From positions 46,996,001 through 47,060,000 of the forward strand of contig OX597837.1 in assembly GCA_951406725.2 (NCBI GenBank): a stretch of DNA of 64,000 nt, given 5' to 3'. Positions 1 to 14,734 of this stretch are shown here, piece after piece (within the stretch, counting starts at the first letter, position 1; every line of letters starts with the position of its first letter). Made by a program: the position numbers and the translations under genes. Source of the stretch: Octopus vulgaris. Taxonomy: Eukaryota. Under the pieces are notes generated by a model, which was not told the origin of the DNA, did no database searches, and was given only the letters and a program-made list of their open reading frames with translations.

Positions 1-77
1 TTATTAAATTATTTTATCAAGGAAAGTTCTTATTTATATACATCCTTGCACTAGGTGACTTGATTTTGCAAAGAATC

Positions 78-150
<73 letters not shown>

Positions 151-1087
151 AACGACCGTATGAGATAGACCAAAGAATAAAGAAATAAGTATATTTTTTT
201 TATCTTACTTTAATTTTCTGATCTCGCCTTCAATCTATTCTTTGTATTCCTATAATACTTTCATATTTATCTCACTCCGTTATCCAATTCCTCGTCGTCA
301 TGGCATGGTATATATATACATATCAATGGGTTTTCTCTATTGTATTAAATGTAATTACATTTCTGCACTTTTTAAGTCTTTATATGTTGTCTGTTTAAGG
401 CGGCAAGCTGGCAGAAACGTTAGCACGCCGGACGAAATGCACACACATACAATGCCATCCGCGGTAAAGACAGCCTTGGGATAAAAACAAGCAACATCTC
501 TACTATTGAATACATTCATATCGACACAAGGCATATTGGTGGAACATTCGCATGAAATCTTCTACTAAGAGCAAACATAACAAGTCTGACACGGATAAAT
601 TAGTAAGAACAGAACAGAAATGCATAGTCACAAAGGTTCGATGCTCTGTAGTTAGGATTATCTCTCTTAAATTCAGAGAGAAGAGAATATCGATGGACAA
701 CTGCTTCGAAACATGAAGCTCTTCTATCCTGAAATCATAGGGGGTAGTTGCTACTTAAATGCAGAACAAGGACCTCCACAAAAAAACTAATCCAAGGAAT
801 ACAACTCTAATGGCCTTATGGGTCGGCCTTATTATTTTTGTTTTATTTTACTGTTGTTTTGAACCCTGAGACTGAGACTCGTAAACCAGATGTAGTGTTT
901 TCAGACCATCAGTGAACCGAGCCCAAATTATAATGTGCAAATTAGTCATATCTGATGGTTGTTCATTTACCTTTGCACATCTGGAAGGTTCTTTAATACG
1001 AAACTGTTCGCTAACATGAATCAGATGTTATGATGCTAAATTCACAATACTGTATAAGTTATGTATGTGTATATATTTATATATATC

Positions 1088-1305
1088 ATTTCTTTATTGC
1101 CCACAAGGGGCTAAACTTAGAAGGGACAAACAAGGACACACAAAGGGATTGAGTCAATTACATCGACCCCAGTTCGTAACTGGTACTTAATTTATCGACC
1201 CCGAAAGGATGAAAGGCAAAGTCGACTTCGGCAGAATTTGAACTCAGAACGTAGCGGCAGACGAAATACTGCTAAGCATTTCGCCCAGCGTGCCAACGTT
1301 TCTGC
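1088..1305 (-). mobile_element. SINE family A (tRNA-derived)
   Basis: Reverse complement of 31219-31450; core GACTTTGCCTTTCATCCTTTCGGGGTCGATAAA. Confidence 0.88.
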
Positions 1306-1821
1306 TATATATATATATATATATATATGTGTATCTATACATACATACATACATACATACATACATACATACATACATACATACATACATACATACATAC
1401 ATACATACATACATACATTCACAACCATGAACCGTCCATCCATCCCTACAAATTGCCGCATTTCAGTATTTCGCCATAGAAATGGACAAAGGGCGTAAAA
1501 TAGCTTGCACGAAACCGCTGAAATCTCAGGGCAAGTTCTCGATGTTAAAACAATAAGACAAATATCTAAAGTATCCGAAATCGAAATTTAATATAGATTT
1601 AAAAAAAAAAAAGAATTTAAACAGCTGCCGAATCTGCGACAGTCGTAAACTTTTATAAAAGACAAGAAGAACATAAAAAGTTGGTGCGTACTGTTTGGTA
1701 ATGTAAATTCTTTGGATTTGAAGGTGTGTTAAGTACAATGTTAATTTTCAAAGAGACGTAGAATCTATTAGCGAGCAATCACTTCATCTCTATGGATAAC
1801 AGATGTGGCGTCTGGTCTGAA

Positions 1822-1868
<47 letters not shown>

Positions 1869-2014
1869 GAGAGAGAGACAGAGAGAGAGAAAGAGCGTGT
1901 GTGTGTGTGTGTGAGAGAGATAGAGAGATAGAGAGAAAGAGCGCGCGTGTGTGTGTGTGTAAGTGTGAGTGTGCGTGAGTATGTGCCTCGTGTTTATATA
2001 TGTGTGTGTGAATA

Positions 2015-2053
<39 letters not shown>

Positions 2054-2229
2054 ATATAAATAAGAAATGGTGGCGCAACAAGGAACCAATTTTTGCTGGA
2101 AATAGCAGTCGATAACAGTTCGACGCTAGGTAAAGCTTCACTGAACGTATAGAGGCAAAGATGTGTTAGGGTGGAGAATATAAAAAAGTTACGTCTTACC
2201 TTTTGGAAGAACACCAGAGAAATGGACAA

Positions 2230-2301
2230 CCTGGTACTCGGGTTTCGGACTTTCCAAAATACGTTTGTTATCGCAAAACTGATTGGTCCTTGTCAGCTAG
2301 G
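2230..2301 (-). ncRNA. Decayed hammerhead ribozyme, family H5
   Basis: Minus strand CCTAG CTGACAA GGAC...GTCC GAAAC CCGA GTA CCAGG: correct architecture, but core G8 is A and stem I has one mismatch. Confidence 0.6.
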
Positions 2302-2479
2302 TCCACCGAAGAGACTAAATTTAAAATATCTGCTCCATCAATGCCTGTATACTCGACCAGTAGCCTCAGCCATAAACAGATCAGTGAAAAGATTACGTGT
2401 ATATATATATAGATATATATATAGATATATATATGTGTGTGTATATACATGTATATACATAAATATATACATTCTATAT

Positions 2480-2708
2480 TTTCTTTTACTTGTTTCAGTC
2501 ATTTTGACTGCGGCCATGCCGGACCACCGCCTTTAGTCGAACGAATTGACCCCAGGACTTTTTCCTTGTTATCCTAGTACTTATTCTATCTGTTTCTTTT
2601 GCCGAACCACTAAGTTACGGGGACGTAAACACACCGACATTGGTTGCCAAGCGATGGTGGGGGGGAACAAACACAGACACACAAATACACACATACACAC
2701 ACACACAT

Positions 2709-2780
<72 letters not shown>

Positions 2781-2920
2781 CGGGTTTCTTTCAGTTTCTA
2801 TCTATCAAATCCACTCACAAGGCTTTGAAAGACACTTGCCCAAAGTTCCACGCAGTGGGACTGAACCCGGAACTTTGTGGTTGGGAAGCAAGTCTCTTAC
2901 CACTCAGCCACTCCTGCGCT
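2480..2920 (-). mobile_element. SINE family B (tRNA head, internal microsatellite, conserved tail)
   Basis: Minus strand GCGCAGGAGTGGCTGAGTGGTAAGAG...GGTTCAGTCCCACTGCGTGG...CTTGGGCAAGTGTC, (TA)n(TG)n, TTTACGTCCCCGTAACTTAGTGGTTCGGC...GACTGAAACAAGTAAAAG. Confidence 0.88.
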
Positions 2921-2932
2921 TATATATATATA

Positions 2933-3199
2933 ATAATTGTTATTTGAGGGAATATTAATCCTAACTTTCAGGGAAAAAATTCAATTTAGAAATACTAAAT
3001 CAAATTTCACACAATATAATATATATATATAAAAACGTATATAATTGGTAGAATAACGACACGTGTTTCGTGGCTATATTTTAGAAATGATTATAGTAAA
3101 AAAATTAATAGTAGTAGTAAACTCACTTCGATATAAATATAGCCACTCATCAGGTTAAAAATAAACTAGAATAATAAAATAATTAATTAATAAATATAC

Positions 3200-3234
<35 letters not shown>

Positions 3235-3460
3235 AAATACTAAATATACATTAAGTTAAAACTAAAACAATACTTAAATTATTAAATACTTTAAAATTAA
3301 TTAATATACACAATGCTAGTTTAACTTTATTATCGTGTGAAATATTAACTCTATAGATATTATACATAGATATTAATAATATAATTAGTTTATATAATGG
3401 ATTTGTGTATTTTAGAACTATTTCCAATTTTTTATTGTATTATTCATGACTAGTAATATT
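2933..3460 (-). mobile_element. AT-rich non-coding element carrying hammerhead H1 (Penelope pLTR-like)
   Basis: 2933-3320 is an inverted homologue of 22844-23458; bounded and interrupted by (TA)n. Confidence 0.7.
3054..3157 (-). ncRNA. Minimal type I hammerhead ribozyme, family H1
   Basis: Minus strand reads TAAC CTGATGA GTGGCTATATTT...AAATATAGCCAC GAAAC ACGT GTC GTTA: stem I TAAC/GTTA, 12-bp stem II, intact core, palindromic loop III, GUC triplet. Confidence 0.85.
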
Positions 3461-4070
3461 AATTAGACGCTAAAACATTAATACTTTAAAATCCAGATAG
3501 ATTAATTTAATCGTTGAACTTAGTAACATAGTTTGTTTATCAATATTCTTTGGATCTTGTATTATTTTGAGTTTGATCGTTGTTATTATTATTATTGTTA
3601 TTGACTGGATTTGTAGCGAACTGGTGATTGTGGTTGAAAATCTTCATAGTGTATTGTTGATATTTTCAGAGGGAAAAGTGAGTGATTTAAGGGCAATGTA
3701 GCTGCTGCTTCTAGCATATCTAAAGAAAACCTTTCTCGTTTCTTTATCACTCTTGCATTATTGATGTTTTTCAATATTTTTTCCCGAATAAATACATTTA
3801 TATGGTATAAAAAAAGGAAATTTAAGAAATTATGAATTTTTTGCAACCCCACTCCCTGCCCTTAATTGTTTCTGTTTATAAATTAAAATATTAGAAAACC
3901 TGAGAAGGTCATTGCTAGCATTTATCCACAGTGATTTAAAAAACACTACGGCTATGTACTTGCATAGCAAGTGACTTGATCTGAGATCGTGTACTAAAAC
4001 AAAACAATTGCAGCGTAGATGTTTGTAAGCCATTCAAGAACACATAGAAACCGTTAGTTTCACGACATTA

Positions 4071-4270
4071 CTTAAATACAGAGGTCCCAAAGTATCTACA
4101 TAATGATATGAAGGAGAGGGTTGGTTTTAGGGTTAGTTTTTAGGGTTAAGGTTAGGGCTAGTTTATGGTTAGTTAGAGTGTCAATACACGTCCACACAGC
4201 ATAGGTTTAAAATGTTTTGTACGTAACACCTGTATTTAAGTAGGGCTGTTAAGGGACCTCTGTATTTAAG
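4071..4270. mobile_element. Small inverted-repeat element with an internal degenerate TTAGGG tract
   Basis: Perfect 18-bp IR CTTAAATACAGAGGTCCC (4071-4088) / GGGACCTCTGTATTTAAG (4253-4270); GGTTAG/TTAGGG-like units at 4118-4175. Confidence 0.7.
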
Positions 4271-4418
4271 GAGTACCAGCTTCATTTCAACATTAAAATT
4301 TCATTTATGTCAAAATATTTTCTTCACTTTGAAACCATGACCTGTCCACTGGCAAAACTTCGCAAAAGTAATGTAGCACGAAGTTTTGTCAGTGAACAGC
4401 AAACACACACACACACGC

Positions 4419-4454
<36 letters not shown>

Positions 4455-4819
4455 TCATTGCCTTTCATTTGTGTGTGTGTGTGTGCGTGAGTGTGTCTCA
4501 CTCGTGCAGCTTGTTCGTGTACATATTGGCTTAGTGGTACAGAGTGTTTGGAAACTGTAAATAAGGTGCAAGTTTCGAGTACTTGTCAGTCGCTTTTTTT
4601 GTCTCCTCGTCTTCCAATAGTAATTACCCAACTTTCTAGACTCTTCTCACAGGTATCCCACATTCAAAAATTATTTGGGTATTTAAAAAAAAGTTTTCAT
4701 TCAATAAATAATAAATTACGTATACATTAACAGAATAAACTGTCGGTTTTTCCAAATAGCGAATGAAAACTTGAAAGAGAAAGTGAGAGACTTTGCAAGT
4801 GAGAATGGAATGCTCCCGA

Positions 4820-5090
4820 CATCATAGAGGTCGGCTGTCCTGCAGATATCTCTTTGAAAATCAAAGAACATGAGGATATATATGGACAACTACTTCGAAA
4901 CCTCCAGCTTCTATATCGAGACTATGAATTCATATTCATACCAATAATAATTGAAGCACTAGGTTTTGTTTGTAAATACTTAAAGGAGAATCTGAATCAA
5001 CTGGGATTTTCAGAAAAATTGACTGGATAATTCGTACATTACAAGTGCAGTAAAAATATGCAAGACTTCTCAAGTTCCAAATGTGAATTT
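4820..5090 (+). mobile_element. Restriction-like endonuclease C-terminus of a non-LTR retrotransposon
   Basis: IIEVGCPADISLKIKEHEDIYGQLLRNLQLLYRDYEFIFIPIIIEALGFV; a related fragment lies at ~640-745. Confidence 0.65.
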
Positions 5091-6331
5091 GTCTGTGTTA
5101 ACAACATCCCAAAGATGGAGCCCTGCATCTTTGTTGGAAACCGGTTCCCTCCTCAATGGAAGATTTATGATAAATAGAAAAAATAGAAGAGACGTACGTA
5201 CGTGCGATTGCACGTGTCCTCTTCGAGTTTTGGACCTTCACTTGATGAATATCACTTTAGCAAGTTGCCACACAATTCCCGCCCCTATTTGCCTTCCTCT
5301 CCATATTAAATCTCTAAATTTTTCTTTTCCATATTTGAAACCTTATTTGAAGGGTCGTCTATTTCAGACGATTCGCTAATCAGAACTGCAAATTGCCCCT
5401 GAAAAACGTTGGGAATGATGTATCAACAGAGAAGGGAACAATTTTGAAAAACACAAATGTTATTGTATTCTGAATAATCATTGTATTTTCGAAAAAAGTT
5501 CGGTGGCTTTTTTGTAGATAGTTTTCCGAAGGTTGCTTTTCAGTTTGACGATTGTTACCAACACTGCTTTGTAATCATAATCACCGACTTATTAAGTATT
5601 AGCACGAAAACACTATACCTGAATAAGTATCACATTTTATATGTATTGAGTACTTTTTTTTTCTCATTTGTAGTCCCAAACGCGCGCTCGTGTGTGTGTT
5701 CATAACCACATGTACATTCACGTACGTATACATGCAAAGTAAAACATACACAGACACACAGTCGTACAAACGCACACAATCGTACAAATACACACACACA
5801 CACACAAAACACACACACACACATAAACACGCACACACACACACACACATGTATGTAATATGTTTGGATACAAAAATAAACAGACACATACGTTTGTACA
5901 TATATTTTGTCCAATGCCTACCTACACCCCTACATACGCAGGCTGCATGCCTGCCTATCTATATCTTCAACAAATCAGTGAAACCGATTGAAAAATTATA
6001 CCTCTGTGGGCACATTTATCAGTAATGGTTAGGACAGGCGCTGCCTTCAGCTTGGCTCTGTCGTCTGCTGCTCGCATGCCGCCATGTTCGGTCTGGCTTC
6101 AGAAGGCTCGATGCCAGCATTTCACCCTCATCTCTCTGCCTCTCTCTCTCCCCTCTCTCCTCTCCCTTTCTCTTTATATCTCTCTCTGTTTTTACACTAT
6201 AACATCTAATCCACTTCCACCACCGATCAGCTATGCTTCCTTCTTCTTCTTCTTCTTCTTCTTCTTCTTCTTCTTCTTTGTTAGTGAGTGGATGAGATGG
6301 GAGAACGAGGTGTATATATGTATGTGTTCAC

Positions 6332-6380
<49 letters not shown>

Positions 6381-6518
6381 TGAGTGTGTGTGTGTGTGTG
6401 TACACAAACATACATTCACACGTTAACCAGAAAGATGCAGACAAATATAACTGGTGTTTTATCACTGGGAAACGGAGACTGCTTATGTCTGAAAATGTGC
6501 TCAGTACTCTGTGTGTAT

Positions 6519-6552
<34 letters not shown>

Positions 6553-7210
6553 TCCTATACACACACACACACACACACACATACACACACACACACACGC
6601 GCGCGCGCGCACACACACACTTACGCCTTGTTTGCGTGCGTTTGTGTACAAACGGATGCAAATAATAAATCAGTAACAAGAAGAGAGAAACTGAAGGAAA
6701 CATCAAAGAAACTAAAATAGTAAACAAAAACAAGTAAATATATTTCCAAAACAAATAAATAAAAAGTACCTAAAACAGAATGAGAAAGAGTGGATGAAGA
6801 GGATGAGAGAAAGAGGAGGAGGAGGTGGTTGAGGAATATGAGAGAGAGAGAGAAAGAGAGAGAGGAGGGAGTGGGTGAAGAGGATGAGAGAGAGGTGGTT
6901 GAGGATGAGAGAGAGAGAGAGAGAGAGAGAGAGTGAGAGAGAGGAGGGAGTGGTTGAGGAGGATGAGAGAGAGGGAGAAAGTGGAAGAGATACTCAGGCA
7001 AACCCAGAAACACGGGTGTTTGTGTATAATTCGAGGTGGCGAGTGGCGCGCGAAGAGGAGGGGACACAGAACATAAGAGATATGGAAGGATTAACATGTT
7101 TAATGTTGTGAGCCCCCAAAATAACTTCTAATTCATCGAAATTACTACCCTAATGAGATATTCGATCTCTGCAAATGAACACACACACACACACACACAT
7201 ACTATATGTA

Positions 7211-7580
7211 CGGCGTGGCTGTGTGGTAAGAAGGTTTCTTTTCAACCACATGGTTCCGAGTTCAGTCCCACTGCATGACACCTTGAGCAAGTGTCTTCAA
7301 CTGTAGTCTCGGGCCGAGCAAAGCCTTGTGAGTGGATTTGGTTGACGGAAACTGAAAAAAGCCGGTCGTATTTTTAATGTGTGTGTGTAAATTTATGTGT
7401 ATGTGTCTGTATTTGTCTTCTAGCAATCACTTATGTCCCCCTAACTTAGTGGTTCGGCAAAGGAATCCGATAGAATAAGCACTAGGCTTACTAAAATATG
7501 CCCTGAGGTCGATTTCTTCAATTAAACCCCTTTTTAGGTGGTGCTCCAGCATGGCCGCAGTCAAATGACTGAAACATGAA
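7211..7580 (+). mobile_element. SINE family B
   Basis: Homologous to 2480-2920 in the opposite orientation. Further fragments at ~42940-43030, 46030-46230 and 58300-58460. Confidence 0.85.
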
Positions 7581-7594
7581 TATTTTATGTACAT

Positions 7595-7695
<101 letters not shown>

Positions 7696-7750
7696 CACGC
7701 ATTAAATATATATATGTACATATATACGCATTATATATACAAATGTATAC

Positions 7751-7786
<36 letters not shown>

Positions 7787-8535
7787 CAGATATATACACT
7801 TTATATATACATTATATATACATATTTATATATAGACACACACACACATATCACACATATATAAATTAACCCAATAAATGTCTGATTCATAATATTTGTT
7901 CTCATGATTGTGTGGTGGTGGTGGCGAAGATAATTCTCTCTATGAATGCAGACAGACGTAAAGAGAGAGAGAGGGGGGAAAGAGTGACAGCGCTGGCGAA
8001 GGCGGCGGGGGAAGATGGTTGAAGGTGTCAAACGTCGTTATAGAGAGATAGTGAAGGGAAGGGAGGAAAGAGAGAGAAAGACCGAGGAAGACAGGCAGAT
8101 AAGAGAAAGAGAGAAACGACAAACACTTGTCATAGTGTGGGGTTCTTTGCCCTAGTAACCACACCTTTTGAGATAGGGATTTCTAACCTAGCCCACTCAC
8201 ATCCTCGCCTCTTTTTACATGTCCCTGTAAATTTTTGAGCGAATCCGACGGGATTTAGTGCCCTTTAACCCCTTCCAATGCCAAAACCAGACAAACAAAC
8301 ACACTTTTCGCATTTCAGATTTATAGATATTGATATATATAGATGAGTGTATTTTCCCTTTTCAACAATTAACACGGAAAAAATAGATAAATAGTTACCA
8401 GGGTAGCAAAAAAATCACTCAAGTAAAGAGGTTGTAACTCCTGGTTTTTAAAGGTAGAAACTTCAGGTTTACGTGGGATTTTTTGTATAATATTATAATA
8501 TATTATACACATATGTATGCCTGTACATATATATA

Positions 8536-8587
<52 letters not shown>

Positions 8588-8755
8588 TGTGTGTGTGTGC
8601 GTGTGAGTGTGTGTGTGTGTGTGAGTGTGTGTGTGTGTACTGTTCGTACCCATTACACAATGTCGAGTATAATTCATTTAAAGTTGGTGTTTACAAGTTC
8701 GTTCAGATGGTGAGCTGAATTGAAATGATCTTGTTTTCCAAGATGGTGTTGAGGG

Positions 8756-8842
<87 letters not shown>

Positions 8843-8886
8843 GTATGTATATATATATATATGTATGTATGTATGTGTGTTTGTAA

Positions 8887-8921
<35 letters not shown>

Positions 8922-9074
8922 TGAATGCATTCCTCGAGGCATGATCACTCTCTGACAATCCAAGAGATCAAGTTCACCGGTCTCGGATGATGAGTAAGGG
9001 TCAAGGACTCTGCCCCTTGCTCCAGACTCAGCAACTATAACAAAATAGTTGAACAAAGATACTATTAAACCACC

Positions 9075-9133
<59 letters not shown>

Positions 9134-9415
9134 ATTGCTGCTGCTTCTTGTTGCCGTCGCCATCATGTTTGTCTTACATCGAATCTGAAACATCCACACA
9201 GTAGGGTACCCACAGAACATTTCAGATACACCCCATTAACACACTTCATACAGACCCTGTGTGCATGTGTGTATGTGTGTATGTGCGCGCGCGCACGTGA
9301 TATAAATATATCCATATGCATATACACACGCGTGTATGTGTGTGCGTGGTGCATGTGTACATGAGCTGCATAGTCTACATTTACAGATACTCGATACACA
9401 CGCGTGTATGTGTGT

Positions 9416-9448
<33 letters not shown>

Positions 9449-10037
9449 ATTGTGTACATATACATATTCCTATTTATATATTTGCAACACACAAACACAT
9501 TATTGTTATTATTGTTGTTGTTGTTATTTTTATTATAAACTGCATACTTTTTGTTTCAATTCACTCGTGGATAAAATGCGACAAACATATGCAAAGATCA
9601 GAGTGCACCATTTTTTGTCTGGAATCAGAGAAAATAGGTAAGAATTCTGAAAATCTAGTGGTACACGGTCACCTCGACCTGATAGAAATACGGACGAAAT
9701 ATCCCAGAAATCACTCGTCAACATCGTATGTAATTGATACATTAATTATTTTGTCACTGATATATATATAAATGGGGTGGTCACAGATGTAACGCGTTTT
9801 GGTTAAAGAGTTAATTCCCCCTCTCATGAACAGAGTTTACCTCAATTTAGACAACACCAACGATAACAACAGCTCGTGACTCCACGGCAGAAAGTCTTCG
9901 GTCGCAAGCTTGATTAATCATAGGGATGATCTGGGGCTAAAGAACAATAATTAATATTGATAAAATTTTAATCAGTAAGGGAAATAGCTTCAGTGGACAA
10001 TATCAGAGAGAGTGGGTGATAGATGGATAGAGAGAGT

Positions 10038-10152
<115 letters not shown>

Positions 10153-10889
10153 TTACCCTTGAAATGTACCGCTGCAATATTGTTTTCCTTCCAGTGAGAA
10201 TAGAACTATTACCTGTATTTAATTTCAGAAAGATGTCTCAGAACGAAGTCAGGTTGTCTATAGCCTTAACAATTGCACCTTGAACTTTAGTAATTCGAAG
10301 AGACTCTAACACCTAAAAGCAAGGAACAGAGCTGAATGCTTTCTTGCAAACCAGCCCCAAAACCGCGCCTCTGATATCACAGTTTTGATCTAGATTTGTT
10401 CAGCACATCCCTAGCCTTGTTGCTTCCCTAGGTGGTTGTTCAAATGTGATATTATTATTTACACGGTGACCTGGGAGCTCAGACAGGTTGCATACATTTT
10501 AAACATAAAATTCTCGTACGCAATTGTCGGTCAGTAAGTTTTCGTTATGTAAGCGGCATTGATTTTAAGTAACAGTCTGCTTTCTGCAGGTGCGAACCTG
10601 CTTCGTATGTTGATGTCTTCAATGAGAGCTTCTTCGTAAAGATCAATAAGAAACCACCTAAAAATGTGAATTTTTTGTTCCAGTATCGAACAACCACGCC
10701 CCTTCCTGGTTCTTTCCTATCCAGAAGGTTTGGGATTACAGTCCGAAGTTTTGCTACTGATTTAATGTTTTTTATAACCCAGGCTTCTTTGTCTGCTTTC
10801 TCCCTTACATAGGATTGTTGCAACCTTTTTTCGATATATATACATAAAATACAAAAATGGGACAAGAACACAAAACATCCAGACAGTAA

Positions 10890-11367
<478 letters not shown>

Positions 11368-11999
11368 CAGAGATATAACAAAAAATACGGATAGAAAAAA
11401 TTACATCTTTATTATAGATCTCACCTTATAAAGCCGACAATTGTTTTTATTGCCTTAGCATGCATACATACAGATTAATATAACAGGGCCCATGTAACTA
11501 ACGACGACCCAAGCTGAATTATCTAAACGATGGATTATCCAAACGATGAATTGTCCAAACGATGGATGAACAACAACTACCAGAATATTTCTTGCTTTGA
11601 TCCACTTTACGAAGGAATAAAGTTCCACTGCTATTTTAAAGTTAGTTTCTTTTGCTAATTCTACAAGTGAAGATGCAAAATATATCATACAATGGTATGC
11701 ATGATTCTTTAGTAAAACCAAGGGAGATTTTAGACCAACGTAAAATTACCATTGCGACCCTATATGGAAAATCAATAATCTTCTGCGACCTATGTTTTTT
11801 GAATGCGAAAGCAGAAACAAAAACGAACGAAAAACAAAAAAAAAAAAAAATTCCAAAAATTAGCCACGCGTAACAGTTTACACTTTTTCAGAGAGATATT
11901 CTTCAATTTTCCAGGAAAATGTATGGGTTTTGTATCATTAATTTCTGTGGTTTATTGTATCATACATTCATGCAAATTTTATATTTTATTTTATGAAAT

Positions 12000-13597
12000 A
12001 CTAGCATTATGACCCGTCGTTGCCGGGTCATAATGCTAGTGCATGTATATATGTGTATATATGTGTATATATGTGTGTACATATTACATGTACATCTATA
12101 TATATACATCTACACATAAAATATAAAATACAAAGTTATATCTTGATATCGCTAGTGATAACAATACTCAAAATATATAACAGACTGGAATTGTAGGCCC
12201 GTCTCTTGCAATTTCGATCAATTGTATCTTGTCCTCCCTCTTGTGTAGAAGTGTGGCTACAATCCAGCCTACCTCAACTTCTGGGAGCGGGGGAACATTT
12301 TAAATTTTTATCCGGCACGTCCTACGTCCCAGATATAAAGGTAAAAATAAAATATTTCCACTTTGCAAGGTTCGAGTCGAGTACTCCCTTGCACGCTCCG
12401 TTGACTCGAACCTTGCTTCTATTGTGGCGAATTTACCACCTCTGGTTAGATATCTTTCATAGTCGCACCAAGACACTTTTCGATGGTACTTTCCTCCAGG
12501 TGTTCAAATCTTTTTTTTTCTCTATATTGTATACTTTATAGACAATAAGTCTTTTCTTTAACTTAAAATTTTTATTTTGTTTGGTGGTGTTATCCTAGAT
12601 TCACCATCTTTGTCGGTGATCAATCTGTATTTCTTCCATTTTAATTTCAATGAGTTCGCGCCCGCCGACGGCTGCAGCGAAATTAATTTTTGGACTTTCT
12701 TCTATCGAAGGCATTCTAACGAAAATGCTTCCGTGTAAACGGTGAAAATATTGTCAATTTCCCCAAACAGGGACACAATTCAATTTTTAAACAATAACCA
12801 AATCTCCTTCTCCCGAAGGGGGAGGGTTACAGTTTACAATTATTTAATAAATGCAACACAACAATGTTTCCTTTGCGAGGAACCAACAAACGTGATAACA
12901 ATAGTTAAACAGTAATAATAATAACAACAAACCTTACGATGAGTCAGAAAGCAGTAAGCAGTTGAAGTCCTTTATGTATAAGAAATAAAACAAACAGGAG
13001 CGGCTTTTTCGAGAAAACAGATATTACATACAGCCAAACTTCATATAGATACTTAATGCTAGCTAATTAGCAGATAATCTAATGTAAAAGTCGTGGTAAA
13101 GGGTATTGCACACCTCCATCTGGACTATTCCATTTCTGCACGCTAATTTTATTTTTAATTTATTCCCATTCATGTGAAACCACTTATTCAAGTTCAAGTC
13201 ATTGATGCAATTTTATACCAATTGCTATTTTTACTTTTGTTATGTTACGATTATATTATACTTTAGTTTGATTTTAATTATTACTTACTACATATAATTC
13301 AATTGTTATTATTTTTTTTTGTTAAAGTGAAAGCATCTGACATAAAATAGAGAAATGTTTTTGTTTCACTTTTAACACGTAATACTGAAATAGTGGAGAA
13401 TATATGATATTGCTATGGGCTCGCTCTAGGCAAGAAGTTGAACATTTTTTTTTTGCCCATGACACTCCCCGGACCCTAAGTAAGGCATGTGTAAAATTTG
13501 AATGAAATTGGTTGTGTAGTTCTCAAGTTTTAGGGAAACACACATACAGACAGACAGACAGACACACACACATTCTCAGTTTTATATATATATAGAG
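12000..13597 (+). mobile_element. Non-autonomous Helitron/Helentron-like element
   Basis: Starts with the hairpin ACTAGCATTATGACCCG-TCGTTGC-CGGGTCATAATGCTAGT. Ends AAATTTGAATGAAATTGG...(ACAG)n...TTTTATATATATATAGA. A similar 3' end lies at ~8160-8345. Internal continuity is assumed. Confidence 0.55.
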
Positions 13598-13697
13598 AAT
13601 TCAAAAGCAAAATAACTGATCTTTGTAACTCTTTCAGAGTCACACTGTCACCTGGAGAGTGAAAAGCGTTGCATTAAAGGTAAATCAACGAAAGAGA

Positions 13698-13698
<1 letters not shown>

Positions 13699-13728
<30 letters not shown>

Positions 13729-14072
13729 TGTATGTATGTATGTATGTATGTATGTATGTATGTATGTATGTATGTATGTATGTGTGTGTGTATGTATGTA
13801 TGTATGTATGTATGTATGTATGTGTGTATGTATGTATGTTTGTATGCATGCATGCAAGCATGTATGTATGTGTGTGTGTGTATGTATGTATGTTTGTATG
13901 TGTGTGTGTATGTATGTATATGTGTTTATGTATGTATGTATGTTTGTATGTATGTATGCAAGCATGTAGGTATGTATGTGTGTATGTATATGTGTGTGTG
14001 TATGTTTGTATGCAAGCATATATGTATGTATGCATGTATACCTTCCTGCATGCTTGTATGTATGTCTGTATG
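13699..14072. repeat. (ATGT)n compound array
   Basis: Read directly from the sequence; similar arrays at 1337-1417, 37050-37447, 41342-41438 and 62612-63140. Confidence 0.97.
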
Positions 14073-14687
14073 TTTTTTTTTCTTTGAGTTTAATTTCTTT
14101 TGAGAGTTGAAGCCGGTCGCTAACAAAGTAACAAGACTTTTTCAGTTAGGAAAGTTTCCGGTATTTGTAAATATGAAGTTGACTCAGTGTATTGGTTGAA
14201 CTGTCGATGCACCCAATTGTCTGTGTCTAAGAATCTCACAGAGAAATTTTGGAATGTCTTACAAACTTTACTGTGCCCCTATTAGATTGGATTTGGAGAA
14301 TCCACGTCCGCAACATTTCCGAATTCTCTAGACGTTTCCAAAACTTCTCCAGTGAACGGAACACCAGTGTATCACAGAGTGAAACCCGCGTATATTGTAT
14401 TTATTTTCAGCTGAATGTCTCGGAACGATATAAAATGAAGCGTCTTGCTCATTAACACAACGCGCTGCCTGTCTGGGTATCGAACACACGTGTCAAACTA
14501 TCCTGAGCCCAACACCCTACCCACTGGGCTACCTGCTTTCACATACAGGCACAGGCCGGCACAGTGTGTGTGTGTGTGTCTGTGTGTGTGTAATTTGCAT
14601 ACATATGTACAGACTCAAATACACGTACACACATTGGCACACGCACATATGAAATAAATAAGATACATAGATATGATACATAGGTTT

Positions 14688-14734
<47 letters not shown>

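Noticed and set aside
4118-4175. True telomere or chromosome-fusion site
   Set aside because: Short, degenerate and enclosed in an inverted-repeat element.
10190-10830. Non-repetitive coding-like stretch on the minus strand
   Set aside because: Multiple stops and no recognisable motif; the 278-aa ORF is mostly (TATC)n.
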